A stretch of 64,000 nucleotides of DNA from NCBI RefSeq assembly GCF_009914755.1, contig NC_060933.1; one strand, given 5' to 3'. Shown in pieces: positions 1 to 13,571 of this stretch (positions are counted from its first letter, which is position 1; each line of letters opens with the position of its first letter). Below the pieces are notes generated by a model. The model worked only from the letters and a program-made list of their open reading frames with translations. It was not told the origin of the DNA and made no database searches. Source of the stretch: the human T2T-CHM13v2.0 reference genome, Homo sapiens. A program made the translations under genes and the position numbers.

Positions 1-82
1 AATGGAATCATCCGTAATGGAATGGAAAGGAATGGAATGGAATGGAATGGAATGGAATGGAATGGAATGGAATGGAATCAAC

Positions 83-96
83 TCGATTGCAATCGA
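83..96. repeat. 14-bp perfect palindrome TCGATTGCAATCGA (example of a recurrent module)
   Basis: Self-reverse-complementary. Recurs through both arms (e.g. ~1285, ~3276, ~12895, ~15436, ~18421, ~28658, ~61945). Confidence 0.9.
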
Positions 97-288
97 ATGG
101 AATGGAATGGAATTAACCCAAATAGAATGGAATGGAATGGAATGGAACGGAACGGAATGGAATGGAATGGAATGGAATGGAATGGAATGGAATGGAATGG
201 AACGGAATGGAATGGAATGGAATGGAATGGAATGGAATGGAATCAACGCGAGTGCAGGGGAATGGAATGGAATGGAATGCAATGGAAT

Positions 289-303
289 GGAATCTTCCGG
301 AAT
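289..303 (+). promoter_or_regulatory. Consensus heat-shock element gGAAt-cTTCc-gGAAt (first of ~40 copies)
   Basis: Exact match to nGAAnnTTCnnGAAn. Also at 1476, 2599, 3487, 4934, 5388, 6915, 7728 and 9434 in the left arm. The motif match is direct; function is inferred. Confidence 0.6.
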
Positions 304-3300
304 GGAATGGAATGGAATGGAATGGAATGGAATGGAATGGAATCAACTCGAGTGCAATGGAATGGAGTGGAATGGAATGGAATGGAATGGAACAACCCGA
401 ATGGAATGGAATGTAATGGAGAGTAAGGGAGTTGAATAGAATCAATCCCAATGTAATGGAATGGAATGCAACGGAATGGAATGGAATGGAATGGAATGGA
501 ATGGAATGGAATGCAATGGAATTGAATCACCCCGAGTGCAATCGAATGGAATCGAATGCAATGGAATGCAATGGAATGGATTCAACTTGAATGGAATGGA
601 AAGAATGGAATCAACACGAGTGGAATGGCATGGATTGGAATGGAATGGAATGGAATCAACCCGAGTAAAGGGGAATGGAATGGAATGGAATGCAATGGAA
701 TGGAATCATCCGTAATGGAATGGAAAGGAATGGAATGGAATGGAATGGAATGGAATGGAATGGAATCAACCCGAGTGCAGGGGAATGGAATGGAATGGAA
801 TGCAATGGAATGGAATCATCCGGAATGGAATGGAATGGAATGGAATGCAAAGCAATGGAATCAACTCGATTGCAATGGAATGGAATGGAATGGAAAGGAA
901 TACATTGGAATCAATCCGAGTGGAATGGAATGGAAAGGACTGGAATGGAGTGGAATGGAATGGAATGCAATGGAATGGAATGGAATGGAGTCAACTTGAT
1001 TGGAATGGAATGGAATGGAATGGAATGGAATGGAATGGAATCAACCCGACTGCAGGGGAATGGAATGGAATGGAATGCAATGGAATGGATTCAACTTGAA
1101 TGCAATGGAAAGAATGGAATCAACACGAGTGGAATGGCATGGATTGGAATGGAATGGAATGGAATCAACCCGAGTACAGGGGAATGGAATGGAATGGAAT
1201 GCAATGGAATGGAATCATCCGTAATGGAATGGAAAGGAATGGAATGGAATGGAATGGAATGGAATGGAATGGAATGGAATCAACTCGATTGCAATCGAAT
1301 GGAATGGAATGGAATTAACCCGAATAGAATGGAATGGAATGGAATGGAACGGAACGGAATGGAATGGAATGGAATGTAATGGAACGGAACGGAATGGAAT
1401 GGAATGGAATGGAATGCAATGGAATGGAATCAACGCGAGTGCAGGGGAATGGAATGGAATGGAATGAAATGGAATGGAATCTTCCGGAATCGAATGGAAT
1501 TGAATGGAATGGAATGGAATGGTATGGAATAAACCCGAGTGCAATGGAATGGAGTGGAATGGAATGGAATGGAATGGAACAACCCGAATGGAATGGAATG
1601 TAATGGAGACTAAGGGAGTTGAATAGAATCAATACAAATGTAATGGAATGGAAAGGAACGGAATGGAATTGAATGGAATGGAATGGAATGCAATGGAATG
1701 GAATCAACACGATTGCAATCGAATGGAATGGAATTGAATTAACCCGAATAGAATGGAATGGAATGGAACGGAACGGAACGGAATGGAATGGAATGGAATC
1801 AACCCGAGTGCAGGGGAATGGAATGGAATGGAATGCAATGGAATGGAATCATCCGGAATGGAATGGAATGGAATGGAATGCAAAGCAATGGAATCAACTC
1901 GATTGCAATGGAATGGAATGGAATGGAAAGGAATACATTGGAATCAACCCGAGTGGATTGGAATGGAAAGGACTGGAATGGAGTGGAATGTAATGTAATG
2001 TAATGGAATGGAATCAACTCGATTGGAATGGAATGGAATGGAATGTAATTAACCCGAATAGAATGGAATGGAATGGAATGGAACGGAACGGAACGGAATG
2101 GAATGGAATGGAATGGAATGGAATGGAATGGAATGGAATCATCCCGACTGCAGGGGAATGGAATGGAATGGAATGCAATGGAATGGATTCAACTTGAATG
2201 GAATGGAAAGAATGGAATCAACACGAGTGGAATGGCATGGATTGGAATGGAATGGAATGGAATCAACCCGAGTACAGGGGAATGGAATGGAATGGAATGC
2301 AATGGAATGGAATCATCCGTAATGGAATGGAAAGGAATGGAATGGAATGGAATGGAATGGAATGGAATGGAATCAACTCGATTGCAGTCGAATGGAATGG
2401 AATGGAATTAACCCGAATAGAATGGAATGGAATGGAATGGAACGGAACGGAACGGAACGGAACGGAATGGAATGGAATGGAATGGAATGGAATGGAACGG
2501 AAAGGAATGGAATGGAATGGAATGGAATGGAATGGAATGGAATGGAATGGAATCAACGCGAGTGCAGGGGAATGGAATGGAATGGAATGCAATGGAATGG
2601 AATCTTCCGGAATGGAATGGAATGGAATGGAATGGAATGGAATGGAATGGAATGGAATGGAATAAACCCGAGTGCAATGGAATGGAGTGGAATGGAATGG
2701 AATGGAATGGAACAACCCGAATGGAATGGAATGTAATGGAGAGTAAGGGAGTTGAATAGAATCAATCCGAATGTAATGGAATGGAATGGAAAGGAATCGA
2801 GTTGAATGGAATGGAATGGAATGCAATGGAATGGAATCAACCCGAGTGCAATGGAATGGAGAGGAATGGAATGGAATGGAATGGAAACTACCCGAATGGA
2901 ATGGAATGTAATGGAGTGTAAGGGAATTGAATAGAATCAATCCGAATGTAATGGATTGGAATGGAACGGAAGGGAATGGAATGGAATGGAATGGAATGGA
3001 ATGCAATGGAATGGAATCAACCCGAGTGCAATCGAATGGAATCGAATGGAATGGAATGCAATGGAATGGATTCAACTTGAATGGAATGGAAAGAATGGTA
3101 TCAACACGAGTGGAAGGGCATGGATTGGAATGCAATGGAATGGAATCAACCTGAGTACAGGGGAATGGAATGGAATGGAATGCAATGGAATGGAATCATC
3201 CGTAATGGAATGGAAAGGAATGGAATGGAATGGAATGGAATGGAATGGAATGGAATGGAATGGAATGGAATCAACTCGATTGCAATCGAATGGAATGGAA

Positions 3301-6300
3301 TGGAATTAACCCAAATAGAATGGAATGGAATGGAATGGAACGGAACGGAATGGAATGGAATGGAATGGAATGGAATGGAATGGAATGGAACGGAACTGAA
3401 CGGAATGGAATGGAATGGAATGGAATGGAATAGAATGGAATCAACGCGAGTGCAGGGGAATGGAATGGAATGGAATGCAATGGAATGGAATCTTCCGGAA
3501 TGGAATGGAATGGAATGGAATGGAATGGAATGGAATGGAATCAACCCGAGTGCAATGGAATGGAGTGGAATGGAATGGAATGGAATGGAACAACCCGAAT
3601 GGAATGGAATGTAATGGAGAGTAATGGAGTTGAATAGAATCAATCCGAATGTAATGGAATGGAATGGAACGGAATGGAATTGAATGGAATGGAATGGAAT
3701 GCAATGGAATGGAATCAACCCGAGTTCAATGGAATGGAGAGGAATGGAATGGAATGGAATGGAAATTACCCGAATGGAATGTAATGTAATGGAGTGTAAG
3801 GGAATTGAATAGAATCAATCCGAATGTAACGGAATGGAATGGAACGGAATGGAATGGAATGGAATGGAATGGAATGCAATGGAATGGAATCACCCCGAGT
3901 GCAATCGAATGGAATCGAATGGAATGGAATGCAATGGAATGGATTCAACTTGAATGGAATGGAAAGAATGGAATCAACACGAGTGGAATGGCATGGATTG
4001 GAATGGAATGGAATGGAATCAACCTGAGTACAGGGGAATGGAATGGAATGGAATGCAATGGAATGGAATCATCCGTAATGGAATGGAAAGGAATGGAATG
4101 GAATGGAATGGAATGGAATGGAATGGAATGGAATGGAATCAACCCGAGTGCAGGGGAATGGAATGGAATGCAATGGAATGGAATGGAATGGAATGGAGTG
4201 GAATGGAATGGAATCAACCCGAGTGCAGGGGAATGGAATGGAATGGAATGCAATGGAATGGAATCATCCGGAATGGAATGGAATGGAATGGAATGCAAAG
4301 CAATGGAATCAACTCGATTGCAATGGAATGGAATGGAATGGAAAGGAATACATTGGAATCAACCCGAGTGGAATGGAATGGAAAGGACTGGAATGGAGTG
4401 GAATGGAATGGAATGCAATGGAATGGAATGGAATGGAATCAACTTGATTGGAATGGAATGGAATGGAATGGAATGGAATGGAATGGAATGGAATGGAATC
4501 AACCCGACTGCAGGGGAATGGAATGGAATGGAATGCAAAGGAATGGATTCAACTTGAATGGAATGGAAAGAATGGAATCAACACGAGTGGAATGGCATGG
4601 ATTGGAATGGAATGGAATGGAATCAACCCAAGTACAGGGGAATGGAATGGAATGGAATGCAATGGAATGGAATCATCCGTAATGGAATGGAAAGGAATGG
4701 AATGGAATGGAATGGAATGGAATGGAATGGAATGGAATCAACTCGATTGCAATCGAATGGAATGGAATGGAAATAACCCGAATAGAATGGAATGGAATGG
4801 AATGGAACGGAACGGAATGGAATGGAATGGAATGGAATGGAACGGAACGGAATGGAATGGAATGGAATGGAATGGAATGGAATGGAATCAACGCGAGTGC
4901 AGGGGAATGGAATGGAATGGAATGAAATGGAATGGAATCTTCCGGAATGGAATGGAATTGAATGGAATGGAATGGAATAGTATGGAATAAACCCGAGTGC
5001 AATGGAATGGAGTGGAATGGAATGGAATGGAATGGAACAACCCGAATGGAATGGAATGGAATGGAGAGTAAGGGAGTTGAATAGAATCAATCCGAATGTA
5101 ATGGAATGGAATGCAACGGAATGGAATGGAATGGAATGGAATGGAATGCAATGGAATTGAATCAACCCGAGTACAATGGAATGGAATGGAATGGAATGGA
5201 ATGGAATGGAATGGAATGGAATGATACGGAATAGAATGGAATGGAACGAAAAGAAATGGAATGGAATGGAATGGAATGGAATGGAATGGAATGGAATGGA
5301 ACGGAATGGAATGGAATGGAATGGAATGGAATGGAATGGAATCAACGCGAGTGCAGGGGAATGGAATGGAATGGAATGCAATGGAATGGAATCTTCCGGA
5401 ATGGAATGGAATGGAATGGAATGGAATGAAATGCAATGGATTCAACTCGACTGCAATGGAATGGAATAGAATGGAATGGAATGGAATGGAATGGAATGGA
5501 ATTAACCCGAATAGAATGGAATGGAATGGAATGGAACGGAATGGAACGGAATGAAATGTAATGGAATGGAATGCAATGGTATGGAATGGAATGGAATGGT
5601 ACGGAATAGAATGGAATGGAACGAATGTAATGGAATGGAATACAATGGAATGGAATGGAATGGAATGGAATCAACGCGAGTGCAATGGAATGGAGTGGAA
5701 TGGAATGGAATGGAATGGAACAACCCGAAAGGAATGGAATGTAATGGAGAGTAAGGGAGTTGAATAGAATCAATCCGAACGTAATGGAATGGAATGCAAC
5801 GGAATGGAATGGAATGGAATGGAATGGAATGGAATGGAATGGAATGGAATGGAATCGTTCCGAGTGGAATAGGAGGGAATGTATTCGAGTGGAATACAAA
5901 GGAATGGAATCAACCAGAGTGGAATGGAAGGGAATGAAATGGAATGGAAACTAATAGAATGGAATCAACCCGAGTGGAATGGAATGGAAAGGACTGGAAT
6001 GGAATGGAATGGAATGGAATCAACTCGATTGTAATGGAATGGAATGGAATGGAATGGAATTGAATGGAATGGAATGGAATGGAATTAACCCGAATACAAT
6101 GGAATGGAATGGAATGGAACGGAATGGAGTGGAATGGAATGGAATCAACCCGAGTGCAGGGGAATGGAATGGAATGGAATGCAATGGAATGGAATCATCC
6201 GGAATGGAATGGAATGGAATGGAATGGAAAGCAATGGAATTAACTCGATTGCAATGGAATGGAATGGAATGGAAAGGAATACATTGGAATCAACCCGAGT

Positions 6301-9300
6301 GGAATGGAATGTAAAGGACTGGAATGGAGTGGAATGGAATGGAATGGAATGGAATGGAATTAACCCGAATAGAATGGAATGGAATGGATTGGAACGGAAC
6401 GGAATGGAATGGAATGGAATGGAATGGAATGGAATGGAATGGAATCAACCCGACTGCAGGGGAATGGAATGGAATGGAATGCAATGGAATGGATTCAACT
6501 TTAATGGAATGGAAAGAATGGAATCAACACGAGTGGAATGGCATGGATTGGAATGGAATGGAATGGAATCAACCCGAGTATAGGGGAATGGAATGGAATG
6601 GAATGCAATGGAATGGAATCATCCGTAATGGAATGGAAAGGAATGGAATGGAATGGAATGGAATGGAATGGAATGGAATCAACTCGATTGCAATCGAATG
6701 GAATGGAATGGAATTAACCCGAATAGAATGGAATGGAATGGAATGGAACGGAACGGAACGGAATGGAATGGATTGGAATGGAATGGAATGGAATGGAATG
6801 GAACGGAAAAGAATGGAATGGAATGGAATGGAATGGAATGGAATGGAATGGAATGGAATGGAATGGAATCAACGCGAGTGCAGGGGAATGGAATGGAATG
6901 GAATGCAATGGAATGGAATGTTCCGGAATGGAATGGAATGGAATGGAATAAACCCGAGTGCAATGGAATGGAGTGGAATGGAATGGAATGGAATGGAACA
7001 ACCCGAATGGAATGGAATGTAATGGAGAGTAATGGAGTTGAATAGAATCAATCCGAATGTAATGGAATGGAATGGAACGGAATGGAATTGAATGGAATGG
7101 AATGGAATGCAATGGAATGGAATCAACCCGAGTGCAATGGAATGGAGAGGAATGGAATGGAATGGAATGGAAACTACCCGAATGGAATGGAATGTAATGG
7201 AGTGTAAGGGAATTGAATAGAATCAATCCGAATGTAATGGAATGGAATGGAACGGAGTGGAATGGAAAGGAATGGAATGGAATGGAATGCAACGGAATGG
7301 AATCAACCCGAGTGCAATCGAATGGAACCGAATGGAATGGAATGCAATGGAATGGATTCAACTTGAATGGAATGGAAAGAATGGAATCAACACGAGTGGA
7401 ATGGCATGGATTGGAATGGAATGGAATGGAATCAACCCGAGTACAGTGGAATGGAATGGAATGGAATGCAATGGAATGGAATCATCCGTAATGGAATGGA
7501 ATGGAATGGAATGGAATGGAATGGAATGGAATGGAATCAACTCGATTGCAATCGAATGGAATGGAATGGAATTAACCCGAATAGAATGGAATGGAATGGA
7601 ATGGAATGGAATGGAACGGAACGGAATGCAATGGAATGGAATGGAATGGAATGGAACGGAATGGAATGGAATGGAATGGAATCAACGCGAGTGCAGGGGA
7701 ATGGAATGGAATGGAATGCAATGGAATGGAATCTTCCGGAATGGAATGGAATGGAAAGGAATGGAATGAAATGCAATGGATTCAACTCGATTGCAATGGA
7801 ATGGAATAGAATGGAATGGAATGGAATGGAATGGAATGGAATTAACCCGAATAGAATGGAATGGAATGGAATGGAACGGAATGGAACGGAATGGAATGGA
7901 ATGGAATGGAATGCAATGGTATGGAATGGAATGGTACGGAATAGAATGGAATGGAACGAATGTAATGGAATGGAATTCAATGGAATGGAATGGAATGGAA
8001 TGGAATCAACGCGAGTGCAGGGTAATGTAATGGAACGGAATGCAATGGAATGGAATCATCCGGAATGGAATGGAATGGAATGGAATCAACCCGAGTGCAA
8101 TGGAATGGAGTGGAATGGAATGGAATGGAATGGAACAACCCGAAAGGAATGGAATGTAATGGAGAGTAAGGGTGTTGAATAGAATCAATCCGAAAGTAAT
8201 GGAATGGAATGCAACGGAATGGAATGGAATGGAATGGAATGGAATGCAATGGAATGGAATCAACCCGAGTACAATGGAATGGAATGGAATGGAATGGAAT
8301 GGAATGGAATGATACGGAATAGGATGGAATGGAACGAAATGGAATGGAATGGAATGGAATGGAATGGAATGGAATGGAATGGAATGGAATCGTTCCGAGT
8401 GGAATAGGAGGGAATGTATTCGAGTGGAATGGAAAGGAATGGAATCAACCAGAGTGGAATGGAAGGGAATGGAATGGAATGGAAACTAATAGAATGGAAT
8501 CAACCCGAGTGGAATGGAATGGAAAGGACTGGAATGGAATGGAATGGAATGGAATTAATTAACTCGATTGTAATGGAATGGAATGGAATGGAATGGAACG
8601 GAATGGAGTGGAATAGAATGGAATCAACCCGAGTGCAGGGGAATGGAATGGAATGGAATGCAATGGAATGGAATCATCCGGAATGCAATGGAATGGAATG
8701 GAAAGCAACACAATGGAATCAATTCGATTGCTATGGAATGGAATGGAATGGAAAGGAATACATTGGAATCAACCCGAGTGGAATGGAATGGAAAGGACTG
8801 GAATGGAGTGGAATGGAATGGAATGGAATGGAATGGAATCAACTCGATTGGAATGGAATGGAATGGAATGGAATGGAATGGAATGGAATGGAATTAACCC
8901 GAATAGAATGGAATGGAATGGAATGGAACGGAACGGAACGGAACGGAACGGAATGGAATGGAATGGAATGGAATGGAATGGAATGGAATGGAATGGAATC
9001 AACCCGACTGAAGGGGAATGGAATGGAATGGAATGCAATGGAATGGATTCAACTTGAATGGAATGGAAAGAAAATGAATCAACACGAGTGGAATGGCATG
9101 GATTGGAATGGAATGGAATGGAATCACCCCGAGTACAGGGGAATGGAATGCAATGGAATGCAATGGAATGGAATCATCCTAATGGAATGGAAAGGAATGG
9201 AATGGAATGGAATGGAATGGAATGGAATCAACACGATTGCAATCGAATGGAATGGAATGGAATTAACACGAATAGAATGGAATGGAATGGAATGGAACGG

Positions 9301-10066
9301 AACGGAATGGAATGGAATGGAATGGAATGGAATGGAACGGAACGGAATGGAATGGAATGGAATGGAATTTAATGGAATGGAATGGAATCAACGCGAGTGC
9401 AGGGGAATGGAATGGAATGGAATGCAATGGAATGGAATCTTCCGGAATGGAATGGAATGGAATGGAATGGAATGAAATGCAATGGATTCAACTCGATTGC
9501 AATGGAATTGAATAGAATGGAATGGAATGGAATTAATCCGAATAGAATGGAATGGAACGGAATGGAATGGAATGGAATGGAATGGTATGGAATGGAATGG
9601 AATGGTACGGAATAGAATGGAATGGAACGAATTGTAATGAAATGGAATTGAATGGAATGGAATGGAAAGGAATGGAATCAAAGCGAGTGCAGGGGAATGT
9701 AATGGAACGGAATGCACTGGAAAGGAATCATCCGGAATGGAATGGAATGGAATGGAATGGAATGGAATGGAATGGAATGGAATCAACCCGAGTGCAATGG
9801 AATGGAGTGGAATGGAATGGAATGGAATGGAACAACCCGAATGGAATGGAATGTAATGGAGAGTAAGGGAGTTGAATAGAATCAATCCGAATGTAATGGA
9901 ATGGAATGCAACGGAATGGAATGGAATGGAATGGAATGGAATGCAATGGAATGCAATGGAATAGAATCAACCAGAGTACAATGGAATGGAATGGAATGGA
10001 ACGGAATGGAATGGAATGGAATGGAATGGAATCATTCCGAATGAAATAGGAGGGAATGTATTCGAG

Positions 10067-10350
10067 TGGAATGGAATCAACCTGAGTGCAATGGAATGGA
10101 CTGAAATGGAATGGAATGGAATGGAAACAACCAGAATGCAATGGAATGCACTCGGGTTGATTCCATTCCATTGCATTCCATTCCATTCCATTCCATTCCA
10201 TTCCTTTCCGTTCCATTCCATTTCATTACATTCAGATTGATTCTATTCAATTCCCTTACACTCCATTATATTCCAATCCATTCTGGTTGTTTCCATTCCA
10301 TTCCATTCCATTTCACTCCATTCCTTTGCACTCGGGTTCATTCCATTCCA
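10067..10350. repeat. 72-bp imperfect inverted repeat (10067-10138 / 10279-10350), 140-bp spacer, spanning the inversion junction
   Basis: Left arm tggaatggaatcaacctgagtgcaatggaatggactgaaatggaatggaatggaatggaaacaaccagaatg matches the reverse complement of 10279-10350 with 4 mismatches and no gaps, including the uncommon GAAACAACCAGAATG module. Confidence 0.85.
10139..10160. other. Strand-inversion breakpoint within the HSat3 array
   Basis: ...ccagaatgcaatggaaTGCActcgggttgattccattcc...: GGAAT phase ends and CATTC phase begins across the palindromic TGCA at 10147-10150, which fits both the GGAATGCA and the TGCACTCGGG modules. Confidence 0.95.
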
Positions 10351-12692
10351 TTCCATTCCATTCCATTCCGGATGATTCCATTCCATTGCATTCCATTCCA
10401 TTCCATTCCCCTGCACTCGGGTTGATTCCATTGCAGTCCATTACATTACATTCCGTTCCATTACATTCCATTCCATTCGGATTGATTCTATTCAATTCCC
10501 TTACACTTCATTACATTCCATTCCATTCGGGTAGTTTCCATTCCATTCCATTCCTTTCCTCTCTATTCCATTGCACTCGGGTTGATTCCATTCCATTCCA
10601 TTCCATTCCATTCCATTCCATTCCATTCCATTCCATTCCATTCCATTGTACTCGGGTTGATTCCATTCCATTGCATTCCATTCCATTCCATTCCATTCCA
10701 TTCCGTTCCATTCCATTCCATTACATTCGGATTGATTCTATTCAATTCCCTTACTCTCCATTACATTCCATTCCATTCGGGTTGTTCCATTCCATTCCAT
10801 TCCATTCCAATCCATTCCATGGCACTCCGGTTGGTTCCATTCCATTCCATTCCATTCCATTCCATTCCATTCCATTCGATTCCATTCCATTCGATTCCAT
10901 TCCATTCCAATTCTTTCCATTCCATTCTATTCTGTACCACTCCATTCCATTCCATACAATTCCATTCCATTCCATTCCATTCCATTCCATTCGGTTCCGT
11001 TCCGTTCCGTTCCGTTCCATACCATTCCATTCCATTCTATTCGGGTTAATTCCATTCCATTCCATTCCATTCCATTCCATTCCATTCCATTCTATTCCAT
11101 TTCATTGTAATCGAGTTGAATCCATTGCATTCCATTCCATTCCATTCCATTCCATTCCATTCCATTCCATTCCTTTACATTCCATTACGGATGATTCCAT
11201 TCCATTGCATTACATTCCATTCCATTCCCCTGTACTCGGGTTGATTCCATTCCATTCCATTCCATTCCATTCTAATCCATTCCATTCCATTCAATTCCGT
11301 AAGATTCCATTCCATTTCATTCCATTCCATTCCATTCCCCAGCACTCACGTTGATTCCTTTCCATTCCATTCCTTTCCATTCCATTCCGTTCCGTTCCGT
11401 TCCATTCCATTCCATTCCATTCCATTCCGATCCGTTCCGTTCCGTTCCGTTCCATTCCATTCCATACCATTCTATTCGGGTTAATTCCATTCCATTCCAT
11501 TCCATTCCATTCCATTCCAATCGAGTTGATTCCATTCCATTCCATTCCAGTCCATTCCATTCCATTCCACTCCATTCCAGTCCTTTCCATTCCATTCCAC
11601 TCGGGTTGATTCCAATATATTCCTTTCCATTCCATTCCATTCCATTGCAATCGAGTTGATTCCATTGCTTTGCATTCCACTCCATTCCATTCCATTCCGG
11701 ATGATTGCATTCCATTGCATTCCATTCCATTCCATTCCCCTGCACTCGGGTTGATTCCATTCCATTCCACTCCATTCCGTTCCATTCCATTCCATTCCAT
11801 TGTATTCGGGTTAATTCCATTCCATTCCATTCCATTCCATTCCATTCCATTACAATCGAGTTGATTCCATTCCATTCCATTCCATTCCAGTCCTTTCCAT
11901 TCCATTCCACTCGGGTTGATTCCATTCTATTAGTTTCCATTCCATTCCATTCCCTTCCATTCCACTCTGGTTGATTCCATTCCTTTCCATTCCACTCGAA
12001 TACATTCCCTCCTATTCCACTCGGAACCATTCCATTCCATTCCATTCCATTCCATTCCATTCCATTCCATTCCATTTCGTTCCATTCCATTCTATTCCGT
12101 ATCATTCCATTCCATTCCATTCCATTCTATTCCATTCCATTCCATTCCATTGTACTCGGGTTGATTCAATTCCATTGCATTCCATTCCATTCTATTCCAT
12201 TCCATTCCGTTGCATTCCATTCCATTACATTCGGATTGATTCTATTCAACTCCCTTACTCTCCATTACATTCCATTCCATTCGGGTTGTTCCATTCCATT
12301 CCATTCCATTCCACTCCATTCCATTGCACTCGGGTTGATTCCATTCCATTCCATTCCATTCCATTCCATTCCATTCCATTCCATTCCGGATGATTCCATT
12401 CCATTGCATTCCGTTCCATTACATTCCCCTGCACTCGCGTTGATTCCATTCCATTCCATTCAATTCCATTCCATTACAATTCGTTCCATTCCATTCTATT
12501 CCGTACCATTCCATTCCATTCCATACCATTCCATTCCATTCCATTCCATTCCGTTCCATTCCGTTCCATTCCATTCCATTCCATTCTATTCGAATTAATG
12601 CCATTCCATTCCATTCAATTCCATTCTATTCCATTCCATTGCAATCGAGTTGAATCCATTGCATTTCATTCCATTCCATTCCATTCCATTCC

Positions 12693-12707
12693 ATTCCGGA
12701 AGATTCC
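12693..12707 (-). promoter_or_regulatory. Consensus heat-shock element aTTCc-gGAAg-aTTCc (first intact copy in the inverted arm)
   Basis: Matches nTTCnnGAAnnTTCn. About 30 further copies, e.g. 14905, 18244, 19072, 20200, 24835, 32589, 40497, 44061, 53821, 58331, 60314, 62591. Confidence 0.6.
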
Positions 12708-13571
12708 ATTCCATTGCATTCCATTCCATTCCATTCCCCTGCACTCGCGTTGATTCCATTCCATTCCATTCCATTCCATTCCATTCCATTCCGTTCCGTT
12801 CCATTCCATTCCATTCCATTCCATTCCATTCCATTCCGTTCCGTTCCATTCCATTCCATTCCATTCTATTCGGGTTAATTCCATTCCATTCCATTCGATT
12901 GCAATCGAGTTGATTCCATTCCCTAACATTCCATTCCATTCCATTCCATTCCATTCCTTTCCATTCCATTACGGATGATTCCATTCCATTGCATTCCATT
13001 CCATTCCATTCCCCTGTACTCGGGTTGATTCCATTCCATTCCTATTCCAATCCATGCCATTCCACTCGTGTTGGTTCCATTCTTTCCATTCCATTCAAGT
13101 TGAATCCATTCCATTGCATTCCATTCCATTCGATTCCATTCGATTGCACTCGGGTTGATTAAATTCCATTGCAATCCATTCCATTCCATTCCATTGCATT
13201 CCATTCCATTCCGTTCCATTCCATTCCATTACATTCGCATTGATTCTATTCAATTCCTTTACACTCCATTACATTCCATTCCATTCGGGTAGTTTCCATT
13301 CCATTCCATTCCATTCCTCTCCATTCCATTGCACTCGGGTTGATTCCATTCCATTGCATTCCATTCCATTCCATTCCATTCCATTCCATTCCATTCCATT
13401 ACGGATGATTCCATTCCATTGCATTCCATTCCATTCCATTCCCCTATACTCGGGTTGATTCCATTCCATTCCATTCAAATCCATGCCATTCCACTCGTGT
13501 TGATTCCATTCTTTCCATTCCATTCAAGTTGAATCCATTCCATTACATTCCATTCCATTCGATTCCATTCT

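Larger units (their letters stand above)
1..10146 (+). repeat. Satellite III (HSat3) array, GGAAT-rich strand on +
   Basis: Continuous (GGAAT)n with interspersed CAACCCGAGT / TAACCCGAAT / CAACGCGAGT / CAACTCGATT modules, the established signature of human satellite 3. Long pure pentamer runs argue against HSat2. Runs off the left edge of the window. Confidence 0.97.

Noticed and set aside
10067-10350. Inverted repeat as transposon/MITE termini or a terminator
   Set aside because: Arms and spacer are ordinary satellite modules. There is no target-site duplication, transposase or U-tract.
9000-11300. Junction as a palindromic read or amplification chimera
   Set aside because: Such artefacts give near-perfect mirror images. 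Here the mirror covers only 72 bp with 4 mismatches and the flanks differ in module order. Not fully excluded without reads.
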